Below are positions 41,375-51,852 of a DNA stretch of 64,000 nt, piece after piece. The notes beneath the pieces are model-generated. The model had not been told where the DNA came from, made no database searches, and saw nothing but the letters and a program-made list of their open reading frames with translations. The number at the start of each line of letters is the position of its first letter. Within the stretch, counting starts at the first letter, position 1. The DNA lies in contig OZ240211.1 in the NCBI GenBank assembly GCA_965197525.1, positions 512,001 to 576,000 of the forward strand, read 5' to 3'. The position numbers were made by a program, and so were the translations under genes. This stretch comes from Nitrosopumilus sp. (GTDB taxonomy: Archaea > Thermoproteota > Nitrososphaeria > Nitrososphaerales > Nitrosopumilaceae).

Positions 41375-42823
41375 GTGGGAAAAGAAAAAGTAGGAATTAC
41401 TGTTTCAAAAAAAACTGATTTTAGTGAGTGGTACACCCAAGTGGTACTAAAGGCAAGACTTGCAGATTATGCGCCAGTCAAAGGATTAATTGTGTTAAGA
41501 CCTGATGGGTATTCCATTTGGGAATCACTGCAAAAAACATTTGATAAAAAATTTGCAAAAAATGGAGTAAGAAATGGATTTTTACCAGTATTAATTCCGG
41601 AATCACTATTGGGAAAAGAGCAGAAACATTTTGCAGGATTTAACCCAGAGGTGTTCTGGGTAACACATTCAGGAACAAACAAGATTGGGGACAGACTTGC
41701 ACTAAGACCAACATCTGAGACATTAGCATACACCATGTATGCTAAATGGATTCAGAGTTGGAGAGATTTACCACTGAAGATCAACTTTTGGAATACAGCA
41801 TTAAGAGCTGAGATCAAGGCAACAAAACCATTCCTTAGGACGTCAGAATTTTTATGGCAAGAAGGTCACACAGTACACTCGACACAACAAGAAGCAGAGG
41901 ACGAGGTAATAACGATGCTAAAAATTTACAAAAATACCGTGGAAGAAGAACTAGCCGTGCCTGTAATAACTGGAACAAAGAGTGAGAAAGAAAAGTTTGT
42001 AGGCGCAGAATATACAACGACTATGGAGGCAATCATGCCAGATGGAAAGGCACTACAGATGGGCACATCGCATTTTCTAGGACAGAACTTTTCAAGACCG
42101 TTTGAGGTAAAGTTTGCAGATAAAGACAACGTTGAACATTTTGTATGGCAGACCTCGTGGGGCGTGTCTTGGAGATTGATTGGAGCGATGATTATGGTCC
42201 ATGGAGATGACAAAGGACTTGTATTACCGCCTAGAGTGGCACCAATACAGATAGTCATTGTTCCAATTTATAAAAACCAAGAAGAGAGAGACAAAATCAT
42301 ATCCAAAGCAGGAGAGATTAAAGATATGTTAGAGTTGGAGGGTGTGCGCCTTCATATAGACAGCAGGGAAGGAATATCCACAGGATACAAATTCAACGAC
42401 TGGGAACTGAAAGGAGTACCATTACGAATAGAGATAGGTCCCAAAGATATGGAAAAACAAAGTATGGTTGTTGTAAAGAGATACAACCGTGAAAAGACCA
42501 ATCTGGATTTTGCCAAAGTCAAAGAGATTACTGAGATACTAGAACATATACAAGATGAGATGCTAAAAAAAGCAAGAGAAGAGGCACAGAGTAATACGAT
42601 GCATGTGACAGATTATGACGAATTTAAATTAAAGATAGAGAACCAAGGGGGTTTTCTTTATGCGCCTTGGTGTGGCAGAACAGAGTGCGAAGAAGCGATA
42701 AAAGAAGAGACATCAGCTGAGATCAGAGCTATTCCGTTTGAGAACGACGAGTACAATGACAAAAAATGTATTTACTGCAAGGAACCAAATAAAACAGTGC
42801 CAATCTTTGCAAGAGGATACTAG
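41375..42823 (+). CDS. proS: Proline--tRNA ligase (archaeal/eukaryal type)
   Basis: FSEWY, RPTSET, FLRTSEFLWQEGHT, QTSWGVS, FARGY. Confidence 0.97.
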   Translation: MGKEKVGITVSKKTDFSEWYTQVVLKARLADYAPVKGLIVLRPDGYSIWESLQKTFDKKFAKNGVRNGFLPVLIPESLLGKEQKHFAGFNPEVFWVTHSGTNKIGDRLALRPTSETLAYTMYAKWIQSWRDLPLKINFWNTALRAEIKATKPFLRTSEFLWQEGHTVHSTQQEAEDEVITMLKIYKNTVEEELAVPVITGTKSEKEKFVGAEYTTTMEAIMPDGKALQMGTSHFLGQNFSRPFEVKFADKDNVEHFVWQTSWGVSWRLIGAMIMVHGDDKGLVLPPRVAPIQIVIVPIYKNQEERDKIISKAGEIKDMLELEGVRLHIDSREGISTGYKFNDWELKGVPLRIEIGPKDMEKQSMVVVKRYNREKTNLDFAKVKEITEILEHIQDEMLKKAREEAQSNTMHVTDYDEFKLKIENQGGFLYAPWCGRTECEEAIKEETSAEIRAIPFENDEYNDKKCIYCKEPNKTVPIFARGY

Positions 42824-42956
42824 ATAAATTTTTAATGGTTTCATACAAGGTAAGAGTTTATCTTAACAAAAATGTACACATTTAACTATACAGATTCAAA
42901 CAAGATAATAAAGTAATGGGATTTATCATATTTACAATGGCATTTTTGTATTATTG

Positions 42957-43790
42957 TTACTCTGCTGACAAATCCCAATAATTAGCATCTGGTTGTGTAT
43001 CAGTTGGCATCTCGTGTTCTGTCCAATCCTTAAAAGATTTAGAATACATTTTGACATTTGTAATGCCTGCCGATTTTAGTGCATAATATGCCAGACCAGA
43101 TAATGTACCAGCACTACCACAATATGTTATGATTTGTATGTTTTTTTCTGCTGTTATGTTACGATTCTCAAATAGTCGTTTAAGCTCTTTTGGTGAACGC
43201 AGTATAGAATTATTGTCCGGATCTGCTAATGTACGATAGGGTAAATTAACTGCACCAGGAATATGATTTTCTAGAAAGTTCAAGCGTTCTCTGTTATCTA
43301 GCAGTATGGCGCCATCTGCGTCTTTTACATCATTTAGATTAGCACCTATGTCGTAATTTGGATCAGATGCAAACTTTACGCTACTGCTATTATTATTATT
43401 ATTGTTATCATTTGCTTGAACCTCGCTTTGTTCTATTGGCAGACCTAATTTCTTCCAATCTGCAAAAGTCTTTGAAAGTAATGATATTGATTTGTGTCCT
43501 GCATGTTCTAACGTCCAAGCCACACGTGAGGCCACTGCACCAAAAGAGTCATCATAAACAACTGCGTGCTGTATACCATCAATACCTGCATCGCCTGCAA
43601 GTTTTGCCACTGTTTCGGGAGAGTCATCCTTAAGCAAGTCCCACAAGGGAAATGAAATTGCACCATGCAAATGACCTTGAATATAATCTTGTGTTCTACG
43701 TGCATCAATGACACATAGTGACTTGTCTTTAATTGCATCAAGTACCGCGTCTGGTTCCATAACACATGATGCAAGCGTCATATTGGACAT
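42957..43790 (-). CDS. Two-domain rhodanese (thiosulfate sulfurtransferase)
   Basis: GHLHGA, HIPGAVN, TYCGSAG, SFKDW. Confidence 0.92.
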   Translation of the reverse strand: MSNMTLASCVMEPDAVLDAIKDKSLCVIDARRTQDYIQGHLHGAISFPLWDLLKDDSPETVAKLAGDAGIDGIQHAVVYDDSFGAVASRVAWTLEHAGHKSISLLSKTFADWKKLGLPIEQSEVQANDNNNNNNSSSVKFASDPNYDIGANLNDVKDADGAILLDNRERLNFLENHIPGAVNLPYRTLADPDNNSILRSPKELKRLFENRNITAEKNIQIITYCGSAGTLSGLAYYALKSAGITNVKMYSKSFKDWTEHEMPTDTQPDANYWDLSAE

Positions 43791-43982
43791 GGTATAAATT
43801 GCAAGTTAGGGATTAATATAATTACTGATATATTAACTGCCTATCAACAAATTTTCTAAATGAGGTTATATGTCATCAAGTTTGAATTAAATCTAGACTA
43901 GCAGTTAGTGCTTTTGCTTGTAATATGAAATCCACAGGAGCGGAAACAACGTGTACTAGAATTAACGACTAGCACATGAACG

Positions 43983-44168
43983 CTAGGGGTCAAAGGATTC
44001 GCCAAAGATCTTCTCAATTCTTGTAGGCTTGCCACACGAGTCACACTTGCCAATTTCAGCAAACAGAGTATCGCCTGTAGCAAACTTTCGTTTGCTCTGC
44101 AAATCGCAGCCAGTGCATTGCACCACGGTATATGCAATTGTAATCTTTTCTTTCTTTGAGAAGATCAT
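43983..44168 (-). CDS. Small zinc-ribbon protein
   Basis: CTGC...CDSC. Overlaps the DUF1512 stop by 4 bp. Confidence 0.8.
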   Translation of the reverse strand: MIFSKKEKITIAYTVVQCTGCDLQSKRKFATGDTLFAEIGKCDSCGKPTRIEKIFGESFDP

Positions 44169-45310
44169 TGTAAAACTCCAACAGTATTGCCCACACCAAT
44201 GACAAGAACTAGTTGACCTTGTACGGTGTTTTCTCTGATCATATCATACACCTGTTCTCTTACATCATCTGCTTGATCAGCAATCTCTTTGGTCATCAAA
44301 GTGATCGCATCTTTTACAGATTCTTTTACCACAATTGAGAATATCGGGATGTTGTTCTCAACGGCAACCGCTTCAATCTGAAACCGCTCAGTACCAATTC
44401 CTCCTATTGCAGCACCAAAACCTTGTGCAACGGATGCAGAATCCTCACCTTCAAGTTTTAATGCCGCATCAACCATAATTACTGCATCTAATTTATTATC
44501 AGAGATAGTCGCCTCTAAAGCATCTGCAGGTCGCCCTACAACAGACAGAGGACCTTGAGCTTTTAAAAGGAATAATTCTCGACCCTCAAAATCAGTCTTT
44601 GCAAGGACGGTCTGAAAAGAGGCAATCTCTTTTTTGTGTGAAAGCATCATCTTTCCTACAACCATAGGACCAATTCCATCACCTATTGGTTGACCAGTCT
44701 CAAATGCAGATAGTGCATCCTTCATGGCTTTGGCCTCCTCCATAATAAACGGAAGAATCATCTGTAATGGCAGAATCAGAGGATAGTTATTCTGTTTTTT
44801 TGCAGTCAAAAACATGTGATTGATGATTTTGTAGATCATCTGGAGGGACGAGGCAATCTCAAGCAGGGTTTGAACTTTTGCCAACTCTACATCACTCATC
44901 TCAGGAGAAGAGATGGATTTGATGCGCTCTCTGGTATGATCCTCCCTTGATCGTACAATATGTTGAACCTTTTGAACAATCCCATTAGGATCCATGTCAA
45001 CAGGCATGATTGTAAAGTAGTCAATGAATTGATCAATCTTTTTGATAGTATTACTACTGTCATGTATTGACAGATTATTGTCCTTTACATAGTCAATCAG
45101 CGCAGTTCTTGACTCTATTCTAAAATTATCGAGTTTTTTAATGTCTTTTTTGAGGTCTCGTGACGTAACAAATAGCTGAATACGTTGGCCATAAAATACA
45201 AAGAGAATTATCGGGAGAATCCATATCAGCATTATAAGCGGGTTGGAATCATCGCCTGTTGAGAATACCTGGTCTAGATCAAAATTTGTAAAATTCACTA
45301 ATATCAGCAT
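44165..45310 (-). CDS. DUF1512-family membrane protein
   Basis: QPIGDGIGP, MVDAALKLEGE, GAAIGG, IGVGNT. Confidence 0.88.
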   Translation of the reverse strand: MLILVNFTNFDLDQVFSTGDDSNPLIMLIWILPIILFVFYGQRIQLFVTSRDLKKDIKKLDNFRIESRTALIDYVKDNNLSIHDSSNTIKKIDQFIDYFTIMPVDMDPNGIVQKVQHIVRSREDHTRERIKSISSPEMSDVELAKVQTLLEIASSLQMIYKIINHMFLTAKKQNNYPLILPLQMILPFIMEEAKAMKDALSAFETGQPIGDGIGPMVVGKMMLSHKKEIASFQTVLAKTDFEGRELFLLKAQGPLSVVGRPADALEATISDNKLDAVIMVDAALKLEGEDSASVAQGFGAAIGGIGTERFQIEAVAVENNIPIFSIVVKESVKDAITLMTKEIADQADDVREQVYDMIRENTVQGQLVLVIGVGNTVGVLQ

Positions 45311-45437
45311 ATTTAAACCAAATTAAAGCATTCGTCTTCAAAAAATACCGTGCATATTAGTCATATTAGTAAAAAAACAGAAATCTAGGTCAAGCACGAG
45401 TGCTTTTATTATAGTGCAAATATTAAAAAAATCACAG

Positions 45438-45998
45438 ATGCCACAAACAAAACCCATGATAAATATAGTAAATGTAGTAGCGTCAGCAGACGTAATGCAG
45501 AAGATGGATTTGAATGAGATCACAAGAACGTTTCCTGATGTAGAGTATCATCCGGATCAGTTTCCAGGATTGGTCTTTAGATTAAAGTCACCAAAGACTG
45601 CAACGCTCATCTTTACTTCAGGTAAGATGGTATGTACAGGTTCAAAATCAGAAGAGCTGGCACGAAGAGCGGTAAAGACGGTTGTACAGAAACTCAAAAA
45701 AGGAAAGATAAAGATAAAGAAAGACGCAGAGGTAACCATTCAAAACATTGTCGCGTCAATCACGCTAGGCGGAAAAATTCACCTAGAACAAGCAGCAAGG
45801 ACATTGCCACGAAGTATGTATGAACCAGAACAATTTCCAGGACTGATTCACAGAATGATAGATCCAAAGACAGTGATCCTGTTGTTCTCATCAGGAAAAC
45901 TTGTATGTACAGGAGCCAAGCATGAAACAGATGTATTCAGATCTGTAAACAATCTACATTCGCTACTTGAAGAAAAGAATTTGATGATTTATGACTAG
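45438..45998 (+). CDS. tbp: TATA-box-binding protein
   Basis: Duplicated NVVAS...YxPxQFPGL...LIFxSGKxVCTG. Confidence 0.97.
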   Translation: MPQTKPMINIVNVVASADVMQKMDLNEITRTFPDVEYHPDQFPGLVFRLKSPKTATLIFTSGKMVCTGSKSEELARRAVKTVVQKLKKGKIKIKKDAEVTIQNIVASITLGGKIHLEQAARTLPRSMYEPEQFPGLIHRMIDPKTVILLFSSGKLVCTGAKHETDVFRSVNNLHSLLEEKNLMIYD

Positions 45999-46258
45999 TA
46001 TAAAACATCATAAATACATCTTTAACAATTTTTAATTATATATTAGATTCAACATACATGAATACATAATGTCAAAATAATCATGACATGTGGATAGAGG
46101 TAACACATGAGAAATATTTGCGTACGTAGTAAATGGCAAGACAGATGGTAAAGAAGGTTTTGTGTAACTTAGATCAAATTAAATCAAATCAAAAAAAAAA
46201 AAAATAAAAAAGAGAGATATGTATTGCGTATTATTGATTTTGGTTGTTTAAAAAATAG

Positions 46259-46630
46259 TCATTTGACAATACTGCCCAAAGGAATACTGTCTCCTCTACC
46301 TTCTTCGTCTTCTTTTACTGTCAACCAAAACGGTTTATCATCAACATCTACTGCAAGTAACATTGCATTGGATTCAACACCTGCCATTTTTCTTGGCTCA
46401 AGATTTGCAACGACAATAACTATCTTGTCCAACATAGATTCAGGAGTAAAATACTGAGCGCCGCCAATTATAACATCACGCAGGTCATCATTACCTAGAT
46501 CAATTTTGCCTCGGATGATTCTAGATTTGCCGGGAATTGGTGCAGCTTCAATAACTTTTGCAACTCTAATATCCAGCTTTGCAAAATCATCATATGATAC
46601 ACTATTCATGGTAACCAAACAGAGTACCAA
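46259..46630 (-). CDS. Stand-alone tRNA-binding OB-fold (CsaA/Trbp111/MetRS C-terminal-like)
   Basis: FAKLDIRVAKV, VVANLEPRKMAGVESNAMLL. Confidence 0.9.
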   Translation of the reverse strand: MVLCLVTMNSVSYDDFAKLDIRVAKVIEAAPIPGKSRIIRGKIDLGNDDLRDVIIGGAQYFTPESMLDKIVIVVANLEPRKMAGVESNAMLLAVDVDDKPFWLTVKEDEEGRGDSIPLGSIVK

Positions 46631-46650
46631 CTAAAATAAATTTCGAATTA

Positions 46651-46748
46651 ATTAATCAACAATCAATCAATTAATCAATCAATTAATCAACAATCAATCA
46701 ATTAATCAACAATAATCAATTAATCAACAATCAATCAATCAATCAACA
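46651..46748. repeat. Degenerate AATC/AATT microsatellite upstream of the tRNA-binding gene
   Basis: attaatcaacaatcaatcaattaatcaatc... repeated over about 100 bp. Confidence 0.85.
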
Positions 46749-46820
46749 TTACCCATATTATTTAATTAAAGACGGAACGAATTGTAAAAAATAGACGTCA
46801 TCAGTGAGTCAAATATTCGT

Positions 46821-47018
46821 TTATTGCAACTCTTCTTTTGAGACTCCACTAGTCTCAATATCATATCGTAACGAGACATCAAGCTCCTGATAGCTCTTGT
46901 CGACTAGAATAATAATTTGATCCTCAGGCACATTGACTATCTTGAGCAATTTGCCTCTCTGGTGAGCGTATGCACTCTTCCAAAAACTAGAGGCGTCAAA
47001 AGTCTGTATTTTAACCAT
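46821..47018 (-). CDS. Small hypothetical protein
   Basis: 65-aa ORF with ATG and purine-rich upstream sequence. Confidence 0.75.
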   Translation of the reverse strand: MVKIQTFDASSFWKSAYAHQRGKLLKIVNVPEDQIIILVDKSYQELDVSLRYDIETSGVSKEELQ

Positions 47019-47057
47019 CTACTACCCCTATCTCAAGTATTCCCATTTAAATAAAGT

Positions 47058-47135
47058 GACTGTGACGGAAGAATGGCAAACGCCATTGGAACTGGAGTTA
47101 GTGTTCCGGATTTTAGGCATTTACCCATCACAGTC
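47058..47135 (-). ncRNA. Candidate 78-nt structured RNA (three-stem junction)
   Basis: On the minus strand GACUGUGAUGG/CCGUCACAGUC forms 11 bp with one GU, enclosing hairpins GGAAC/GUUCC and AAUGGC-GUUU-GCCAUU. Intergenic. Confidence 0.5.
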
Positions 47136-47167
47136 TATTCAAAGAATAAAATGATCTAATATATTTA

Positions 47168-47611
47168 ATGCGGACGCATTCTCAAAATGTGGCCAAAATC
47201 AAGGTACAGCTAGAGATTGATGCAACAATTGACAAAGTATGGAGTGTTGTGTCTGATTTAGATAATGAACCAAAATTTTGGAAAGGGACAAAGACTGTAA
47301 AGAATATATCAAAAGAAGACGATGGGCATACCATTAACAGAGAAATTACAATTGCGTTCAGGGATCAGGTGTGTCATCAACAAGTAAAGCTTTATCCGAA
47401 AGAGAAGATAGTAGCTAAATTCACAAAAGGCATCATAGACGGCGAAAAAGAGATAACTCTGGTGCCAAAGGATAAAAAAACTATACTATATGCGTACTGG
47501 GACATAAGTTTAACCGGTATGATGGGCATCTTTACTGGAATGATTAAAAAACACATCAAGAACGGGACGCAACAAGCCTTGACAAACATCAAAGAGGAGA
47601 TAGAAAGATAG
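47168..47611 (+). CDS. SRPBCC/START (polyketide cyclase-like) protein; start may be GTG at 47189
   Basis: IDATIDKVWSVVSD...PKFW. Confidence 0.85.
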   Translation: MRTHSQNVAKIKVQLEIDATIDKVWSVVSDLDNEPKFWKGTKTVKNISKEDDGHTINREITIAFRDQVCHQQVKLYPKEKIVAKFTKGIIDGEKEITLVPKDKKTILYAYWDISLTGMMGIFTGMIKKHIKNGTQQALTNIKEEIER

Positions 47612-47612
47612 T

Positions 47613-48830
47613 ATGGATAGCATCATACTGTTTACGGACATCTTCAACTATGTATTGACTGCAATTTTAATTGCAGTATCAGGTACATGGATATTTTTTA
47701 TAAAATCAATGATAGATTCATTTAGACTGTCACCACAGCTAGATAAATTCAAGAATACTTCAAAATCAGCACCCAAAGTATCAATAATTCTCCCCGCAAG
47801 AGATGAGGAGAAGTTCATAAGAAAATGTTTGGATTCACTGATTAAGCAAGATTACAAAAATTATGAAATAATAGTGATTGATGACTCTTCAAAAGATGCA
47901 ACTGGAAAAATAATTACAGAGTATGCAGAGGCGCATTCCAATATAATAGCAGTATCTGCAAGACCAAAACCAGATGGCTGGATGGGGAAAAATTGGGCAT
48001 GCATGGAAGGATATAAAAAAGTAACAGGAGACCTATTGCTGTTCACAGATGCTGATACTGTCCACGCTAAAAACGTAATATCGCTTGCGGTAGCACATTT
48101 GAACACTTTTGATTTAGATGCGTTATCTGTAATGCCAAAACTGCTGACATATGATTTCTGGACAAATATCACACTGCCGCTGATCTCTGCATTTTTGCAC
48201 ACAAGATTTTCACCATTAAATGTAAATAATCCCGCAAAGAAGACGGGTTACTTTTTTGGAAGTTTCTTCATTTTGAAAAATACAACGTATCAGGAGATTG
48301 GGACACACAAGGCAGTAAAACATGAGATTATCGAAGATGCCGCACTAGGAAGAAAAGTAAAAGAGTCAGGCTACAAACTAAAGATGGTGAGGGGAGAGCA
48401 CCTAATTGATGCCGTCTGGGCCAGAGAGAAAAATACGTTATGGCACGGATTGAAGAGACTGATAATTCCGTTATATATTCAAGATAAAAAGATTGGAGTA
48501 GGGGTGTTCCTTGCGGTGTTATTTCTGCTATTTGTTCCGTTTTTGGTATTTGGAGTATCAGTACTATTACAGGTAGAGTCCGCATCTGCCTACGTACTGT
48601 GTATCAGCTCAGCAGTTGCGTCAATTTTGGCCTACATTGGGACAATAATTGAGGTAAAGGTAGGATTAAAGTTAAAAAGCATCTACATATTTTTTGCGCC
48701 ACTAGGAGGTCTAGTAGTAGTTTCAGCATTTCTAAGTGGACTACTACAGGCTACGACGAACTCTGCAGTAGAATGGAGGGGAAGAAGTTACTCTATTGGC
48801 GACGGCAGTCACATGCAGAAAACAGTATAA
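47613..48830 (+). CDS. Glycosyltransferase family 2
   Basis: SIILPARDEE, IDDSSKD, GWMGKNWAC, FTDAD, IEDAALG, C-terminal TM helices. Confidence 0.92.
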   Translation: MDSIILFTDIFNYVLTAILIAVSGTWIFFIKSMIDSFRLSPQLDKFKNTSKSAPKVSIILPARDEEKFIRKCLDSLIKQDYKNYEIIVIDDSSKDATGKIITEYAEAHSNIIAVSARPKPDGWMGKNWACMEGYKKVTGDLLLFTDADTVHAKNVISLAVAHLNTFDLDALSVMPKLLTYDFWTNITLPLISAFLHTRFSPLNVNNPAKKTGYFFGSFFILKNTTYQEIGTHKAVKHEIIEDAALGRKVKESGYKLKMVRGEHLIDAVWAREKNTLWHGLKRLIIPLYIQDKKIGVGVFLAVLFLLFVPFLVFGVSVLLQVESASAYVLCISSAVASILAYIGTIIEVKVGLKLKSIYIFFAPLGGLVVVSAFLSGLLQATTNSAVEWRGRSYSIGDGSHMQKTV

Positions 48831-48903
48831 TCCATAGAATGCAAAAATGACATAAAATATGAGTAGTAATCCTTTTAGATAGAAAAATAAAAAAAATCAT
48901 CAC

Positions 48904-50154
48904 ATGGTAAATACAAATTCGGTTATAGGTGGAAGTATCGGGGCAATAATGATAATTGCGCTAGTTGTAACTGTGTTTGTTGCACCTCCAGAATCGATGA
49001 GAACGGTCATAAATGATTATGGTGATGATGATGATGATTATAATGATATAGACGATGTAACGGTTAATGCAATCAAAAATGAGAGCATGCTAAAAGATGA
49101 AATTAAAGCACTCAAAGGCGAGATTGAGGCATTAAGCAAAATAACAACAGTAACGGCAAAAGATGAAGGCAAATTATCGTTAATTGAGATCTTTGAGAGA
49201 TCAGAACCGAGCGTAGTCAGCGTCAATGTACATAGAAATCAGACTACAAACATAATAAATGACAATGGCGGTAACAGCCTAGGCTCAGGTTTTGTATTTG
49301 ACATAGAAGGGTACATAATAACAAACGAGCATGTTGTAACGAATGCAACAAAGATAGTAATAACATTTCTTGACGGCAGAGAATACAATGCAGAGATTAT
49401 AGGATATGATGCAGACACAGATATTGCAGTACTCAAAGTTAATTCAGAGTTAGCATCACTGCGTCCACTGATCATAGGAGATTCATCAGAGCTCAAAGTT
49501 GGAGAGACGATAGCTGCGATTGGAAATCCGTTTGGACTATCAGGTTCGATGACATCAGGGATTGTAAGTCAGTTAGAAAGACTGCTTCCGGCAGAATCAG
49601 GATTTTCAATTCCGGGCATAATCCAGACAGATGCTGCAATTAATCCAGGAAATTCAGGAGGGCCGCTGCTCAACTTGTACGGAGAGGTAGTTGGTATCAA
49701 CACTGCAATACAGTCAACTACAGGGGAGTTTACAGGCGTGGGGTTCGCAATACCTTCACAGACAGTCTCCAAGATTGTTCCCAGACTCATAGAGGAAGGA
49801 GAGTACAAACATCCATGGATCGGGATCTCAGGCAGAGATATTGATCCAGACCTAGCGAAAGCGTTGAATCTAAAAGAGGCAGTAGGGTTTCTCATAATTA
49901 CAGTCGTGGAGGATAGTCCTGCATACAAAGCAGGTTTGATAGGTTCTGACCAAACAGTAGAGATTGACGGAGTCGCTCATACAATAGGAGGAGATATAAT
50001 TATAGCAGTAGACGGAATCGAAGTAAGAAAGATTGATGATATCTTAGTTCATCTGCAGGGGACAAAGGCAGTAGGAGATGAGATGGTATTGGAGGTTCTC
50101 AGAGACGGAAGAACAACAGAGATTACAGTTTTGTTACAGGCAAGACCCGGTTAA
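48904..50154 (+). CDS. HtrA/DegP-type serine protease with PDZ domain
   Basis: TNEHVV, DIAVLK, TDAAINPGNSGGPL, PDZ. Its stop codon lies in the MITE TSD. Confidence 0.95.
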   Translation: MVNTNSVIGGSIGAIMIIALVVTVFVAPPESMRTVINDYGDDDDDYNDIDDVTVNAIKNESMLKDEIKALKGEIEALSKITTVTAKDEGKLSLIEIFERSEPSVVSVNVHRNQTTNIINDNGGNSLGSGFVFDIEGYIITNEHVVTNATKIVITFLDGREYNAEIIGYDADTDIAVLKVNSELASLRPLIIGDSSELKVGETIAAIGNPFGLSGSMTSGIVSQLERLLPAESGFSIPGIIQTDAAINPGNSGGPLLNLYGEVVGINTAIQSTTGEFTGVGFAIPSQTVSKIVPRLIEEGEYKHPWIGISGRDIDPDLAKALNLKEAVGFLIITVVEDSPAYKAGLIGSDQTVEIDGVAHTIGGDIIIAVDGIEVRKIDDILVHLQGTKAVGDEMVLEVLRDGRTTEITVLLQARPG

Positions 50155-50157
50155 CAT

Positions 50158-50543
50158 GGGAATTATATACCTAGGTTACGTTTCTGCACCAAGGTTTTTT
50201 TCTGACAGTCCAACAAATCATTCACAGCTTCCTGTTGGAACGCAGTTGTTGCCACATTGGTGTGGTATTTGTTGCTCCATGGCATGGTGTGATGTATGGT
50301 AGTAATGGTACGGCTTGTCTTGATTTTGTCATATTTTTCAACCAGTCCTGCCTCTACGCCCATGTTGAAAAAATACGTCTGAAAGTTTGCAATCTTGCGT
50401 GCCTTTAATGACAGTTCTTTTGTCTGCCTTGGTTTTACAATCACTGTTCTATAAATAAAATCTTTTATTTCTTTTTCCATCCAGTTAATAATCGGTGTAT
50501 TATATATAATTGACGTATAATGTAATCCAAGTATGTAATTCCC
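50158..50543 (-). mobile_element. Family-2 MITE (386 bp), internal-deletion derivative of 33581-35217, 8-bp TSD GTTAACAT
   Basis: Same TIRs as the parent. TSD at 50150-50157 and 50544-50551. ORF 50163-50480 is the N-terminal 84 aa fused in frame to the C-terminal 21 aa of the 522-aa TnpB. Confidence 0.93.
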
Positions 50544-50552
50544 GTTAACATA

Positions 50553-51852
50553 CAGTAGTCGGAAATGTACCCATTAGGCAGGTTTTCCGACATCATACGG
50601 TTGACCCACCATCCTACATAATTCCAATGCAGCCATTGCTGTAGCATATACGACAAGTGCCAAAGTCACACGATCATAACTCGAATCTGCACGATACTGC
50701 TCCACTGCCCACGCGTTGTACATGAACAGCGAGACGTAAAACATGATTACCCTAAACGACGCATTGCGGCTTGTTGTCCTCGGGCGTACCTGCTCGACTT
50801 GCTTGTATCCTGTCTCTATCCCCCACCTTCTCCGGTACTCCTCCGGAAGCGTCTCAATCTCGTCTAGTGCCCTGGTAGGAGAAAGATTGGTGGCAAAGAC
50901 ATGATATCTTTCCGTGGTATTGACATCAGGATCGTCTATCTTTTTTGAGGGTGTGATTATCAATGTGAATGTGACAGACTGGCCTGCTGCGTTTCTGACG
51001 GTGTACTGCGAGACTGCCTTGCGTAATTTATCGTGATGCTCTTGTATCATCCTCTTTATCCCCGTGTTCTTGACTGCAGGCATCAGGAACTTGCGTCCGT
51101 GTTCTGATACAAGTTTGATTATCTCAGTCGAGTAAAACTCGCGGTCCATCAGCAGCAACCGGGCCCGTATCCTGTAATCCACGAGTTTTTGGACGAATTT
51201 ACGCACAAAGTCGGCGTCATCCACGCTGCGCGTGACCTGCATGCACTCTAAAATGGCCGGAACCTGTTCTGCTACCACATGCATTGTTGCGTAACACTCG
51301 AACTTGCTTGTACCGCCCTTTGGTTTGGATCTTGTCAGATGTGACATGTTGTCCTTGTCGTGCCTTGGTATCAGGTGTTTATCTATTGCTACTAGTACGC
51401 CCCCCTTGTACCGGCACGTATTCTTGGCAAGCCTTGCGGTGCGTGTGATCATATCCATGCAGAGCTCGTCTGCACTGTCTGATTCCAGCGAGTTTATCAT
51501 GTTGCGAAACCACTTGGGCGACGGCATCTTCTTTTTGGCGTGCTTGAGCAGCCGGATTGCCTCCTCAGAAGCTATGTTGGATTCAGACATCTTCATCAGT
51601 ATGGCTGCAAACTCGCTTACCCCGTATTGGGCATTGTTCCTCGTAGAGAATCCTATGGGTGCAGACTCTAGTATTCCTGACAAGGTATTAAGTATCCTTT
51701 CTCCAATCTTATTGTGGTGTACCTGCCCACCTTTTTGCGTTAACACTAAGGTGGGTAAGGGCACTGTAGGTAATAGATCAGTATGTTCGAAGAATGTTAA
51801 CATAATTGAGAACATCTGTTGGTTGATTTAGGGAGTACATTTCCGACTACTG
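50553..51852 (-). mobile_element. ISH3-family insertion sequence (1300 bp)
   Basis: Perfect 18-bp TIR CAGTAGTCGGAAATGTAC and 5-bp TSD ACATA (50548-50552 / 51853-51857). Higher GC than host. Confidence 0.92.
50574..51815 (-). CDS. ISH3/IS4-type DDE transposase
   Basis: VAIDKH, LLMDREF, YRRRWGIETGYK (YREK motif). Confidence 0.92.
   Translation of the reverse strand: MFSIMLTFFEHTDLLPTVPLPTLVLTQKGGQVHHNKIGERILNTLSGILESAPIGFSTRNNAQYGVSEFAAILMKMSESNIASEEAIRLLKHAKKKMPSPKWFRNMINSLESDSADELCMDMITRTARLAKNTCRYKGGVLVAIDKHLIPRHDKDNMSHLTRSKPKGGTSKFECYATMHVVAEQVPAILECMQVTRSVDDADFVRKFVQKLVDYRIRARLLLMDREFYSTEIIKLVSEHGRKFLMPAVKNTGIKRMIQEHHDKLRKAVSQYTVRNAAGQSVTFTLIITPSKKIDDPDVNTTERYHVFATNLSPTRALDEIETLPEEYRRRWGIETGYKQVEQVRPRTTSRNASFRVIMFYVSLFMYNAWAVEQYRADSSYDRVTLALVVYATAMAALELCRMVGQPYDVGKPA

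Noticed and set aside
47058-47135. tRNA or tRNA-Sec
   Set aside because: There is no 7-nt anticodon loop with UCA and no TpsiC motif, and the arm order does not fit.
50574-51815. ISH3 transposase as mobiliser of the TnpB elements
   Set aside because: Its ends (CAGT) and 5-bp TSD differ from the GGTTCTGT and GGGAATTA ends with 8-bp TSDs.
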